A DNA stretch of 64,000 nucleotides from Sulfolobales archaeon. GTDB lineage: Archaea; Thermoproteota; Thermoprotei_A; Sulfolobales; AG1. Positions within the stretch are counted from its first letter, which is position 1; every line of letters starts with the position of its first letter. The notes under the pieces are model-generated. The model made no database searches. It was not told the DNA's origin and was given only the letters and a program-made list of their open reading frames with translations. Below, piece by piece: positions 39,437 to 49,156 of this stretch. Position numbers and translations under genes: made by a program. Location: assembly GCA_038867615.1 (NCBI GenBank), contig JAWBYA010000002.1:288001-352000 (forward strand), given 5' to 3'.

Positions 39437-40857
39437 TGATCATGGCACTACTTCCAGTGGATCAGGTTCTCCTAATCTTCTCAATCCTAATGGGGTTCTC
39501 TCTGTCAATACCCCTAGCAGAGATGCTAGGAGTAGATAAGAGGACATCTAAATATATCTCTATAGCAGGGCTCGTCATAGCCCTTGCAACAGTGCTCATA
39601 TCACCACCAAGCGGGAGTGTTAGTATAATCTCGGGCTTTCTATCTAATGTGGATGCAATATCATATCCAATAGCTATAGCAATACTGCTAGGAGGGATCA
39701 TAGGTATTGTGAGCCTCCCTGTAGAGGCCACCGATAGCGCGCATCCATATCTATCAATGATCCTCATGGGTGTTCTGGCATCCATAATGCTGGTAATGGC
39801 TAGAGATCCCGTAGCTATTATAGCCTCATGGACCCTTCTCTCAGTAACCACTTTCGCAGCAGTAGCCCTTGCCAGGGATCGTGAGTCCCTCGAAGCGTCT
39901 GTTAGGTACTCAATAGTTGGTGCTATAGCATCACAGCTCCTCATAATAGGCGTTGCATTCTCAACACCCTATATGTTCCCAGCAGTATTAGCACAACAGC
40001 AGAGCCTGTTATATGTTGTTGGGCTGATCGCTATAGCTTTTACCATGATAGCGATCGGCTTTAAACTGGGAGCTGCACCATCACATTCATGGGTTCCAGA
40101 TGTTTATGGAAAAGCCTCGCCCTATGTAGTGTCAGTAATCTCGGGGTCTCTAAAGCTGGGTGTTGTAGGCCTAGCAGTATATGTTCTCAGCTACCTAGGC
40201 CCTATCTCCCCAGGCATGTTATCAGTGGTTATATTCATGTCAGTTGCCAGCATGCTTATAGGCAGCATACTCCCCCTTACCCAGACAAACGCCCAGAGGA
40301 TCCTCGCATACAGCTCTATAGCCCATATGGGCTTTATATTCATAGGCCTATCCGTGCTAGCAGTATCCCACGATAACCCACATGCCTACAGGCTAGCCTT
40401 GCTCGGGGTAGTTTTCCACACACTCGCCTATGCGTTGGGTAAATCGGGAGTCTTTGCAGCCCTTAACTATATAAGAAGATATAGCGGTGGATTGGAACTT
40501 GATGTTATAAGGAGCTCCACAGCCAAGGATCCCAAGCTAACATTCTCCCTCTCAGTGCATCTACTCAACCTAATAGGAGTACCGCCTCTACCTGGCTTCT
40601 GGGGCAAGCTATTCCTATTCATGGCTGCTGCCCAGAACCTCAGGGGGCTATATATAGGGCAGATCCCATGGCTAGTAATACTTGGCATAGCTGCCAGCGT
40701 CATATCTGTATACTATTACCTAAACATACTGCGAGCATCGGTTGCTGGTAGTAGTGTTGGCGGAAATAGAGACCCAGATCTATGGGCTTCCTACGCATCA
40801 GCCACTATAAGCATAATACTGGGCGTGTTCATGTATATACTCTCATACTATGTATAA
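39433..40857 (+). CDS. nuoN: Complex I-like antiporter subunit N
   Basis: EASVRY, FKLGAAPSHSWVPDVY, RILAYSSIAHMG, GVPPLPGFWGK. Confidence 0.92.
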   Translation: MMIMALLPVDQVLLIFSILMGFSLSIPLAEMLGVDKRTSKYISIAGLVIALATVLISPPSGSVSIISGFLSNVDAISYPIAIAILLGGIIGIVSLPVEATDSAHPYLSMILMGVLASIMLVMARDPVAIIASWTLLSVTTFAAVALARDRESLEASVRYSIVGAIASQLLIIGVAFSTPYMFPAVLAQQQSLLYVVGLIAIAFTMIAIGFKLGAAPSHSWVPDVYGKASPYVVSVISGSLKLGVVGLAVYVLSYLGPISPGMLSVVIFMSVASMLIGSILPLTQTNAQRILAYSSIAHMGFIFIGLSVLAVSHDNPHAYRLALLGVVFHTLAYALGKSGVFAALNYIRRYSGGLELDVIRSSTAKDPKLTFSLSVHLLNLIGVPPLPGFWGKLFLFMAAAQNLRGLYIGQIPWLVILGIAASVISVYYYLNILRASVAGSSVGGNRDPDLWASYASATISIILGVFMYILSYYV

Positions 40858-40897
40858 TGCTAAAGCCTCTAAACCGGATGATGGCTAGAACCAACGC

Positions 40898-41374
40898 CTA
40901 GTATTTTGGTACAATATCCATGCAGAGTTTCTCCTTAACTACATTGAAAACCACACTAGTCACTGTTCTCTTTATATATGGCATCTTCAATATGGTTTTT
41001 ATAAAGTTGTTGAGCTCATCCATATTTCTGAACTTAGCTATCAATGCCACGTCGAACTCGCCAGTTATGTCATAAACAGCAATTACCTGGTCATATGTCG
41101 AAAGGGTCTTCTCAACATCGGTTATATGTGCACCATCGACAGACACTAGGATCAGTGCTGTTATATCTAAACCCAGGAGTTTTAGATCCAGCTCTGCCGT
41201 GAATCTCCTTATCACCCCGAGCTTGACAAGCCTCTTAACCCTCTCATGCACTGTTGATGTCGGTGTTCCCAGCTCTTTTGCTATGCTTCTTAGACTCTTT
41301 CTCGAGTCTTTCAACAGCCTCTCAATGATCTTCATATCAAGCTCGTCCATATCCCCCCTCAATTTTCCAGCCAT
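40898..41374 (-). CDS. Lrp/AsnC family transcriptional regulator
   Basis: MDELDMKII, HTH (IAKELG..STVHERVKRL), ITGEFD, RTVTSVV. Confidence 0.95.
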   Translation of the reverse strand: MAGKLRGDMDELDMKIIERLLKDSRKSLRSIAKELGTPTSTVHERVKRLVKLGVIRRFTAELDLKLLGLDITALILVSVDGAHITDVEKTLSTYDQVIAVYDITGEFDVALIAKFRNMDELNNFIKTILKMPYIKRTVTSVVFNVVKEKLCMDIVPKY

Positions 41375-41502
41375 TTTTTATAGTTCACCGGGGTATTAAT
41401 GTTAGTTTTACAGATCTCCTAGAGGCTGGTTAAGACTATCCTGTAAACATGATAGCAAGTACGGGGTGCATATTTAAATACCAATTATAGTCAAATCCTT
41501 CC

Positions 41503-42855
41503 GTGATAAAAATGCCAGGCAAGGTATGGCTCGACATAATGTTCACAGACCTCCTGGGGGTTCTGAGGAGTGTTAGCTATAGGGTTAATGAGGAGGATGT
41601 GTCAAAAGTAACAGGAATAGTTGGCAAGACCGATGGAAGCTCTGTATACGGCTTTACCGGTATAGAGGATAGCGATCTATTCCTCTACCCGATAGAGAGC
41701 ACGCTATCGAAAACCCCCTGGGATGTTGGGAGATACATGGTACTATCAAAAGTATACTATAGAGATTCGAGGTTTACCAGGGATCCCAGGCTAGTTGCTG
41801 AAAAAGCAGAAGAAGTACTTGGTGCGGACGGCTTCGAAGCTTATGTCTCGGTAGAGCCTGAGTTCTTCATAGTTGAGAAAGTGGATGTTAGTGTTGATAA
41901 GAGCATGGGTACCTATAAACAGAGGCTAAAGATATACTCACACGAAGGCTCCCTAGAACACCTGTTTCCAGTAAAAAGAAGCTACCAGCTACCTCTAGAG
42001 AATAGATACGAACACGCTATTACAGAGATTATCAGAGGGCTTGAAGCGATAGGAATCGGGGCAGAGGTTATACACCACGAAGTAGCCACATCGCAGTTCG
42101 AGCTAAACTTTGCTGGAGGCTCACTGACAGCAGTATCAGACTCACTCCAAATGATAAAGCTCACTATGAGGAAGATTCTAGGTAAGCTTGGTCTCCAACC
42201 ACTCTTCATGCCAAAACCATTCTGGGGTGATAATGGCTCTGGGCTTCATATACATGTTAGCCTGTGGAAGAACAGGATTAATGCTTTCTATGATGAGAGT
42301 GATAGCTATGCCAAGATTAGCCAGCTATGCAGATACTTCATAGGAGGCTTAATAGAACATGGAAGAAGCCTCTCAGCCATAGTGTCGCCTACAGTTAATA
42401 GCTATAAAAGGCTTGTCCCAGGCTATGAGGCTCCGGTCTACCTCACATGGGGTAGGTCTAATAGGAGCGCCGCGATAAGGGTACCCGCAGCACTCTCAAG
42501 CAACAAGGTTAGAATAGAATACAGACCCCCTGACCCAACCTCTAATCCCTACTTAGCAGCCTCGGCAATAACCCTCGCAGGTCTCGACGGGATAGCCAAG
42601 AAGATAGATCCTGGAGACCCTGTAGATGAGAACGTATATAGAATGACTCCCGAGAGGAAAAGACAGCTAGGGATAAAAAGTCTTCCAAGAAGCCTTGAAG
42701 AGGCTCTAGACGAGCTAGAGAGCGATAACCAATACCTCTTAAAGGCATTTCCAAAAGATCTCCTAGAAACATACATAGAAGTCAAGAGAGATGAAGCGAG
42801 AAGAGTCTCGTCAATGCCATCACCAATAGATTATATAGAATATCTACACCTCTAG
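41503..42855 (+). CDS. glnA: Glutamine synthetase type I
   Basis: FTDLLG, DGSS, EPEFF, HHEVA, FMPKPFWGDNGSGLHIH, SYKRLVPGYEAP, NRSAAIRVP, RIEYR. Confidence 0.97.
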   Translation: MIKMPGKVWLDIMFTDLLGVLRSVSYRVNEEDVSKVTGIVGKTDGSSVYGFTGIEDSDLFLYPIESTLSKTPWDVGRYMVLSKVYYRDSRFTRDPRLVAEKAEEVLGADGFEAYVSVEPEFFIVEKVDVSVDKSMGTYKQRLKIYSHEGSLEHLFPVKRSYQLPLENRYEHAITEIIRGLEAIGIGAEVIHHEVATSQFELNFAGGSLTAVSDSLQMIKLTMRKILGKLGLQPLFMPKPFWGDNGSGLHIHVSLWKNRINAFYDESDSYAKISQLCRYFIGGLIEHGRSLSAIVSPTVNSYKRLVPGYEAPVYLTWGRSNRSAAIRVPAALSSNKVRIEYRPPDPTSNPYLAASAITLAGLDGIAKKIDPGDPVDENVYRMTPERKRQLGIKSLPRSLEEALDELESDNQYLLKAFPKDLLETYIEVKRDEARRVSSMPSPIDYIEYLHL

Positions 42856-42934
42856 CCACCCCAGCCCGTCCATACCTGCTTTATAACAATAGACTAGCTA
42901 GACTAGAACGAATCGTTCCCTTTAACCCTGAGGA

Positions 42935-43873
42935 CTATGTGGTTCTCCTAGACAAGTTGCTCGGAATTACCCTGTTATATAGATATAGTAGGTAGGGGAT
43001 AGCATTGCCTATTATTATTACCTGTGCAGCTATCAAGTGGAGCGGTAGATAGATCCCTGGGGCCCATGCATAGTGGGAGGCTCTGTAGAGCAGGGCTAAG
43101 CCTAGCAGGGGTTGGAATAGCGATGCTATTAGAGCCGCTGTCGACCATGCATCTCTGGATCTCCTTAAAGCATATGCCGCTAGTGTTAGCAGCACCGCAG
43201 CTAGGCCTGATAATACGTGTACCTTAACCACAATATCTATTACCGAGCCTGTAGATAGGGAAAATAGATCGCTTGGTAGTGGTTTCTGTGTTGTCTTTGT
43301 ATAGCCAAGCATATACGCTCCTAGAAAAGCTGCTATCAAGCCCCATGCCGAGGCTCCTCTATGCAGGATCACAGCTATTCTTCTCTCTTCCGAGATTTTA
43401 ACCCGTAATCCGTGATCCAGAATCCCTACCACCATAGCAACAGAACCTATTGTGAGCATTGCTAGGAGATTGTTGAGAGAATATATGAGAGAGGCCATGG
43501 GTTGCTCAATATATCCACCCAATGCCAAGAGGATCATCCTCCCAGTTATAGCGGTTAGAGTAAGGAATAGAACGGATAGCAAGGCTGAAAAGAAGATATA
43601 CGGATAGCTCCTCCTAATCCTTGAGGCTATGATGGCGAGGATAATGAGAAAAGGCGCTGATAATACTGTGAGTATCCTATGTAGAGGCTCTAGACTCCCC
43701 TGTAGAAGAATTCTGATCAGCTTAACAGGCTCGGAGGGCCACTCAATACCTAGATCAAAGCCCTGGCCAAGCCCGCTGACCAAGCCCCCCACAAAGCTCA
43801 GGATCAACAACTCTGCCAACGAGACAAAAGCCACCAGACGGGCGGCTTGGAGCCTATCCAGCATAAGCCTCAC
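42935..43873 (-). CDS. Heme A synthase (CtaA/COX15)-like 8-TM membrane protein
   Basis: GGLVSGLGQG..G.EWP, EPLHR, later KVH and PLH in a duplicated 4-TM architecture. Confidence 0.6.
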   Translation of the reverse strand: MRLMLDRLQAARLVAFVSLAELLILSFVGGLVSGLGQGFDLGIEWPSEPVKLIRILLQGSLEPLHRILTVLSAPFLIILAIIASRIRRSYPYIFFSALLSVLFLTLTAITGRMILLALGGYIEQPMASLIYSLNNLLAMLTIGSVAMVVGILDHGLRVKISEERRIAVILHRGASAWGLIAAFLGAYMLGYTKTTQKPLPSDLFSLSTGSVIDIVVKVHVLSGLAAVLLTLAAYALRRSRDAWSTAALIASLFQPLLGLALLYRASHYAWAPGIYLPLHLIAAQVIIIGNAIPYLLYLYNRVIPSNLSRRTT

Positions 43874-43900
43874 ATATAACTAGCTCTTCCTAAAGATATA

Positions 43901-44710
43901 TCATAGGATCTCGATCTTAAAGCCATTGGGATCGATTATAATACCCCTAGCCCCGCATAGAGATTCACTGATAAGCTGAACATTTTCTAGCTTAACACCC
44001 ATATCATTAAGATTGACTGCATAGCTCTTAAGCCCAGAGCCAGGGCTTGGCGTAGGTATAGGCCAATTATTAATAGCAACGTGGTGATGGTAATCACCAT
44101 AGGCTAGGAACCTTGCACCGAACCAGACTCCCGTGAGTCTCATGCCAAGCACATCTGAATAGAAACCGCCGGCGAGACCGGGGTTCGTGCCTCTTAAATG
44201 AATATGCCCAAAGAGGGTACCGCTGGGGATATAGTCCCTTCCACCGAATCTCCTCCCATAGAGTACGAGATCATCTATATCTAGAGGTAGTGTGTCCATC
44301 ACTACATGGCCTTTAGAATCCCTAGCCCATCTAGTCTTATCCCTATCGCTGTAGATCTCGATCCCTATGTTATCCGGATCCCTTATATACACAGCCTCCG
44401 AGACCAGATGATCAGCGTATCCCTCGATATTATCCCATCTATCCAGCACCTTCTCCAAGAGTGCTCCTAGATCGGCTCTGCTTGGTAATAATAACGCGAA
44501 GTGATATATATAGTTCTCCTTGTTATATGGTAGTCGATCCTCCTCTAGATACACAATACACCTATCAGCACCTCTGGGTGTAAGGCACACATAGCTCTCG
44601 AGGCTCTTAACCTCAAAACCCAACACCTCTTTATAGAAGGTGATAGAGCTATCTATGCTCCTCACAGCTAAGTGCAGATGATCCATGGGCCATGTCATCA
44701 GCAACACCAC
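43901..44710 (-). CDS. VOC/glyoxalase family protein, catechol 2,3-dioxygenase (CatE-like)
   Basis: YHFALLLP, ADHLVSEAVYIRDPDNIGIEIY, GHIHL, GDYHHHVAIN. Confidence 0.88.
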   Translation of the reverse strand: MVLLMTWPMDHLHLAVRSIDSSITFYKEVLGFEVKSLESYVCLTPRGADRCIVYLEEDRLPYNKENYIYHFALLLPSRADLGALLEKVLDRWDNIEGYADHLVSEAVYIRDPDNIGIEIYSDRDKTRWARDSKGHVVMDTLPLDIDDLVLYGRRFGGRDYIPSGTLFGHIHLRGTNPGLAGGFYSDVLGMRLTGVWFGARFLAYGDYHHHVAINNWPIPTPSPGSGLKSYAVNLNDMGVKLENVQLISESLCGARGIIIDPNGFKIEIL

Positions 44711-44723
44711 TACTATCTACTAA

Positions 44724-45152
44724 CTAAATATATGGCGAGGGTGTTTTTCCAAGCCTCCTTAGGATCAGATCCCTTGGGTCTGCAAGCATCTCAGCTATCC
44801 TAGAGGCCCTGCTACCCTTTCCAAAAACCCTCTCCACAATCTCCATCGATATCCTTCTAACCTCCCTCTCATCAAGTATCCCCATTATGTGGAGATACTC
44901 GTGAAGCATAACAACAAAGAGATACTCTGTTGAGGCATCAACGCCCTCAGCATCTATAAAGCTTCGATAAGCGTCAGCATTTATCTTTATAATTCTAGAG
45001 CCTAGCTCAACATATCCCAGAACACCCCGCCCTGCCTTAACAAAAGCAACACCAGCTTCACCAGGATCTCTCCCAAAATAATCCCTTATAGCCTTCCTAA
45101 CACTCAATAGAATCATCCTCACATCCAGCGGTCTAGAGATAGAAGGTGGCAT
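44724..45152 (-). CDS. Hypothetical HEXXH (zincin-like) protein
   Basis: LHEYLH..G..DE motif. Start placed at MPPSIS. Confidence 0.65.
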   Translation of the reverse strand: MPPSISRPLDVRMILLSVRKAIRDYFGRDPGEAGVAFVKAGRGVLGYVELGSRIIKINADAYRSFIDAEGVDASTEYLFVVMLHEYLHIMGILDEREVRRISMEIVERVFGKGSRASRIAEMLADPRDLILRRLGKTPSPYI

Positions 45153-45307
45153 TAGGAAACACCTAACTATTATTCTGGTAACACGCTTTATAAGTAGACA
45201 ATATAGAGAACTATAGCAAGGCAGAATAGTAGAAGAGTTCCGTGTGTATTCTAGCTTGATAGTGTGGATATTATTTGCCATAGGCTCTAAGTACTTTTGG
45301 TGGGGGC

Positions 45308-46009
45308 ATGGTTTCTCAACACATACTCGATGACATAGCCAGGAGGATAGCTGGTGATATTATCTGGAGCAATGACATATCGCTCGGGCTTAGAAAGTGG
45401 AGAGAGATCTTTGGTGCGGCTAGAAGCGATATAGCCAAGCTCATGGGGGTTTCTCAGAGCGTTATTAGCGATTATGAGAAGGGTAGGAGGATCCCTGGTG
45501 CAAAGTTTGTTAGGAGATATGTGGAGAGTCTCTTAAAATTCGATGCTGCTAGGGGTTACCAGTCTGTGAAAAGCCTAGCGAGGTCTTTTAATCTTAACAT
45601 AGAGGCTGTGATAGATTCGAGAGAGTTCGAGGTCCCTATGTCAATCGATACCCTTATAACCAGGGTAAAGGGTGTTCTTTTGAACGCCACCTATAAGGAT
45701 AGAGAGCTGTATGGCTATACAGTGATAGACTCGATCAAAGCCATATCAACCCTCTCGGGCAACGAGTTCTGGAACATAATGGGAATGACATCCGAGAGGG
45801 CACTTATATTCACCAGCGTAACAACCGGTAGGTCTCCAATGATAGCAATAAGAGTAGCGCCTGTAAAGCCCGCATCTGTAGTTCTACACGGGACTAAGAG
45901 GGTAGATCCTCTGGCTATCTATCTAGCAGAGTCAGAGGGGATCCCGCTTATATTATCAACAGCTGAGAGTGTTGATGAGATTATAAGCAGTTTGAGGAGC
46001 TATCAATAA
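45308..46009 (+). CDS. XRE-type HTH transcriptional regulator with C-terminal DRTGG-like domain (conserved archaeal)
   Basis: IAGDII, LRKWRE, VISDYEKGRR.PG, GYTVIDS, GRSPMIAIRV. Confidence 0.88.
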   Translation: MVSQHILDDIARRIAGDIIWSNDISLGLRKWREIFGAARSDIAKLMGVSQSVISDYEKGRRIPGAKFVRRYVESLLKFDAARGYQSVKSLARSFNLNIEAVIDSREFEVPMSIDTLITRVKGVLLNATYKDRELYGYTVIDSIKAISTLSGNEFWNIMGMTSERALIFTSVTTGRSPMIAIRVAPVKPASVVLHGTKRVDPLAIYLAESEGIPLILSTAESVDEIISSLRSYQ

Positions 46010-46046
46010 GAGCAAGATTCTGAGGAAAAGCAAAAGACCATGGCAA

Positions 46047-47180
46047 CTATAGCTGCACGAGTTCAACCATTCTTTGAACAACCTTTAAACCGGATCCTGT
46101 GAGGATCACCATAGCTCTCTCGAAGGCAGATCCCGACTCAACGGATCTAAGCAACCCTGCCAGAGACACAGCTGAGGTAGGCTCTACAATCACCCCCCTG
46201 GATATAAGCTCTTTCAACGCCCCCTTGATCTCCTGGTTGCTCACAACAACAACATCGCCTTTACTATCATTCACAGCATCAACGATCTCTCTAAGCCTCG
46301 GCGGTCTCTTTATAGATATACCGTCAGCCAGGTTCTCCTCATCCGGCTCTAGCTCTCCACCCTTCATGGCAGTATATATTGGGTGGAAGCTTCTGGTCTG
46401 AACTGCTATGAGTCTTGGGATCCTATCCCTATACCCCAGCCTAACGAGATCTTTAAAACCCCTGTATAGTCCCAATAGAAGCGTCCCACTCGATGTTGGT
46501 ACAAAGATAGCTTCTGGTAGTTCATCGACTTGATAGTGTATCTCAAAGGCTATTGTTTTCATAGCCTCTATATGGTGGGGTAACCACGTGTGGGGTAAAT
46601 ATGCACCCGACCTCTCAATAGCTATTCTAGGAGCAAGAGCAGCGGCGTGTTCCCTATCCCTTGCGATCACGACATCGGCGCCACACAGCCTGATAAGATC
46701 CAGCTTACCTTTAGGAGCAGTTGATGGTGCTACTATTATTGGTGAAACGCCATGTGTTTTTGAATAACACGCAGTAGCTATCCCAGCATTTCCCGACGAA
46801 TCCTCGACTACAGCCTTAGCATCCATCGAGAGAGCCATCGATACTGCTAGTGCTGCTCCACGATCCTTAAAACTACCCGTGGGATTCTGGCTCTCCATCT
46901 TGGCCATAATCTTCATATTATTTACCCTCAAATCAACGATCCTTGTTAACCCCTCGCCAAGGGTTGCCCTATACCTATATCTCGGTAAAAGCTGCTGGAA
47001 GCACCATATACCGTCTCTACATCTAATAATATCCCTTAGCTCTGGGAGTATATCGCCTCTCCTATACTCCAAATCCAGTGGAGAACCACACTTAGGACAC
47101 ATATATATATTGAGCTCTTCGCTTAAACTCCAGCCACAGGATCTACATTTAAGAACGTTACCACTAGCCAAGCTCTCCAA
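46047..47180 (-). CDS. thrC: Threonine synthase-like PLP enzyme
   Basis: N-terminal CxxC..CPxCG, LGEG.T, NPTGSFKDRG, SSGNAG, VEPTSA, LTGSGLK. Confidence 0.85.
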   Translation of the reverse strand: MESLASGNVLKCRSCGWSLSEELNIYMCPKCGSPLDLEYRRGDILPELRDIIRCRDGIWCFQQLLPRYRYRATLGEGLTRIVDLRVNNMKIMAKMESQNPTGSFKDRGAALAVSMALSMDAKAVVEDSSGNAGIATACYSKTHGVSPIIVAPSTAPKGKLDLIRLCGADVVIARDREHAAALAPRIAIERSGAYLPHTWLPHHIEAMKTIAFEIHYQVDELPEAIFVPTSSGTLLLGLYRGFKDLVRLGYRDRIPRLIAVQTRSFHPIYTAMKGGELEPDEENLADGISIKRPPRLREIVDAVNDSKGDVVVVSNQEIKGALKELISRGVIVEPTSAVSLAGLLRSVESGSAFERAMVILTGSGLKVVQRMVELVQL

Positions 47181-47291
47181 ACACTTCCCAGGATAAAGTC
47201 TATCCTGGGGATTTATTACCGTGTTTTATTTGCAGATGATCTATAGGGTTACTATAGGTCATAACAGACAATCCCGGTTTTGAAGCCTGAC

Positions 47292-47819
47292 TTATATAGA
47301 GATCTCTGTTGATCTCCCAGTAGGATCGTCTATTATGAGTGTGAAGCTTTCCTCACCCTTCATAGCCCTCTTCATCCACTCAACCACCTCTCTACATTTA
47401 ACAGGATTCTCGGTGTCGCCGCACAGAGGCTCTAGATGATCTATGTATTTTTCTAGAATACCATCCACGGTAAGTATCTCGTCAACAGCAGCAGATCTAG
47501 GAGTGCTTATAAGCCCGATCTCAGGGATCATTATCGTAGCACTTCTAGACCTCATAATAACCCTGGAGAGATCCTCATACCCCTTGACTCTGATCACGAG
47601 CATCCTCTCGCCACCTATGTTTTCTGGTATCTCGTCAAAATATCTATATCCTTTCCCTGGGCATATCACTATTACAGAGATCTGCGGACCCGCTACAGGA
47701 TCAGTCCGTTTCACGATCCTCATAAAGCCACCTGAGCCACACTCAGGATCATCCACAGGCATCTCAACCATAGGTTCTATAGCAATGCTATCAAAGCCTT
47801 CCGATCCTGTCTCGTTCAC
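47292..47819 (-). CDS. ZPR1-related protein (degenerate zinc finger)
   Basis: DLSRVIMRSRSATIMIPEIG, TVDGIL, FTLIIDDPTGRS are ZPR1 A/B-domain hallmarks. Start uncertain. Confidence 0.8.
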   Translation of the reverse strand: MNETGSEGFDSIAIEPMVEMPVDDPECGSGGFMRIVKRTDPVAGPQISVIVICPGKGYRYFDEIPENIGGERMLVIRVKGYEDLSRVIMRSRSATIMIPEIGLISTPRSAAVDEILTVDGILEKYIDHLEPLCGDTENPVKCREVVEWMKRAMKGEESFTLIIDDPTGRSTEISI

Positions 47820-48025
47820 AACTACATACCCATTAAATATATACATCACGAGGCTAGTTAAGCATGAGACAGATCTGATAGGTCTATATAGCGGGTAGAT
47901 ATATAGCATAAATAGCAATATATATTCTTACTTACGTATTATAAAATTATAAGGATCTAGTAGGGGAGCCAATACAGGCTACGTAGATCTTCGTGGAATC
48001 CATAACCGTTTGTAGATGCTATGGG

Positions 48026-48469
48026 TTAGTTTTCTGCCGTTGTTCCGCTCTCTTCGATGATCCCGAGTCTTCTGAGCCTTGAGGCCATAGAACCCCATCT
48101 AGCCTTGAACTTGCGAGGAGCAAGCGGTCTTACCCTCTTTACATCAGATCTCGGGATATATCCTTTCTCCATCCCTGGTAGTGCAAATGTACCGTCTGGC
48201 ATCTCTATGATCTCGTCGTTCTCTATAAGCTTTATCAGAACCTTCCTAAGTCTATCCTCACCAGCAAGACCGCTGAAGTATGTCCTAAGCTCTTTCCATG
48301 ATATGGGTTTCCCGTTTTCCGCGATCTTCTTCTTAACAAGATCTATGAGCTCTTCATCGTCCGGAGCTCTCATAACCACTATATCCTCGTCTTCATACAC
48401 AACATTCCTCGATCCCTCCTCTTTCTTGCCTTTACCCTCCCTCCTCTTTTCAGGCACAGTTCCTCCCAT
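48026..48469 (-). CDS. Hypothetical protein, probable winged-helix
   Basis: ISWKELR...EDRLRKVLIKLIENDEIIE..DGTF pattern and normal codon style. Confidence 0.65.
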   Translation of the reverse strand: MGGTVPEKRREGKGKKEEGSRNVVYEDEDIVVMRAPDDEELIDLVKKKIAENGKPISWKELRTYFSGLAGEDRLRKVLIKLIENDEIIEMPDGTFALPGMEKGYIPRSDVKRVRPLAPRKFKARWGSMASRLRRLGIIEESGTTAEN

Positions 48470-49156
48470 ATTATATTATCCCCCGCATTTTATAAATTTA
48501 TTATATCAGTTATCCCTTCCAAGCGGAGATCGATAAACTGGACAGACGTATAATTACATGGTGTCCGTTAAACCTTTTAAAACCAAGATATTCATATACA
48601 TTATTATTAATATATTATTTAAAATATATCAATAGACACTGTATTCAACCTTGCCACCCAGAACCGTTGTACATCATTATCGACGAACCATCTAGAAAAC
48701 CTGTGAATATGTTCTGAACTACACACATCAAAACCCCTTAAACGACTCGCACGGCCTTCTCCCTCTCTGCTAGCCTAAATGAGGGCCTTTAGGAAATTTG
48801 ATCTATAGCCACGGAGTTATTACCAGGAGCTTGGAAGCTGTTTTTGTAGTAGTTGTTCTTGGTACACTTCGCTCCTCCTCCGGTTCCCTAGCCTTAGAGT
48901 CCCTCTTTCACCAGAGCCCTTATCCTCAGCCCGCACCAACCCAGGATAGCCTTATCATAGTAGATCGTCTCTTCTCAATCCTATAGTAGATCGACACAAT
49001 AGGCCATGACATGCTTCGAACCAGGCACCATGTTGCCTGGGTAGAAGCCCCTGTTATAGAAGAGAAACAAATAATACCACAAAAAGGGCTGTAAAGCAAA
49101 TAATAGAGTGCAGAATATATATTTCTGCCATTTAGCTTATTATTAGGCTACCAACT

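Noticed and set aside
48540-48700. Replication origin
   Set aside because: AT-rich, but no recognisable ORB repeats and no orc1/cdc6 or whiP-like gene adjacent.
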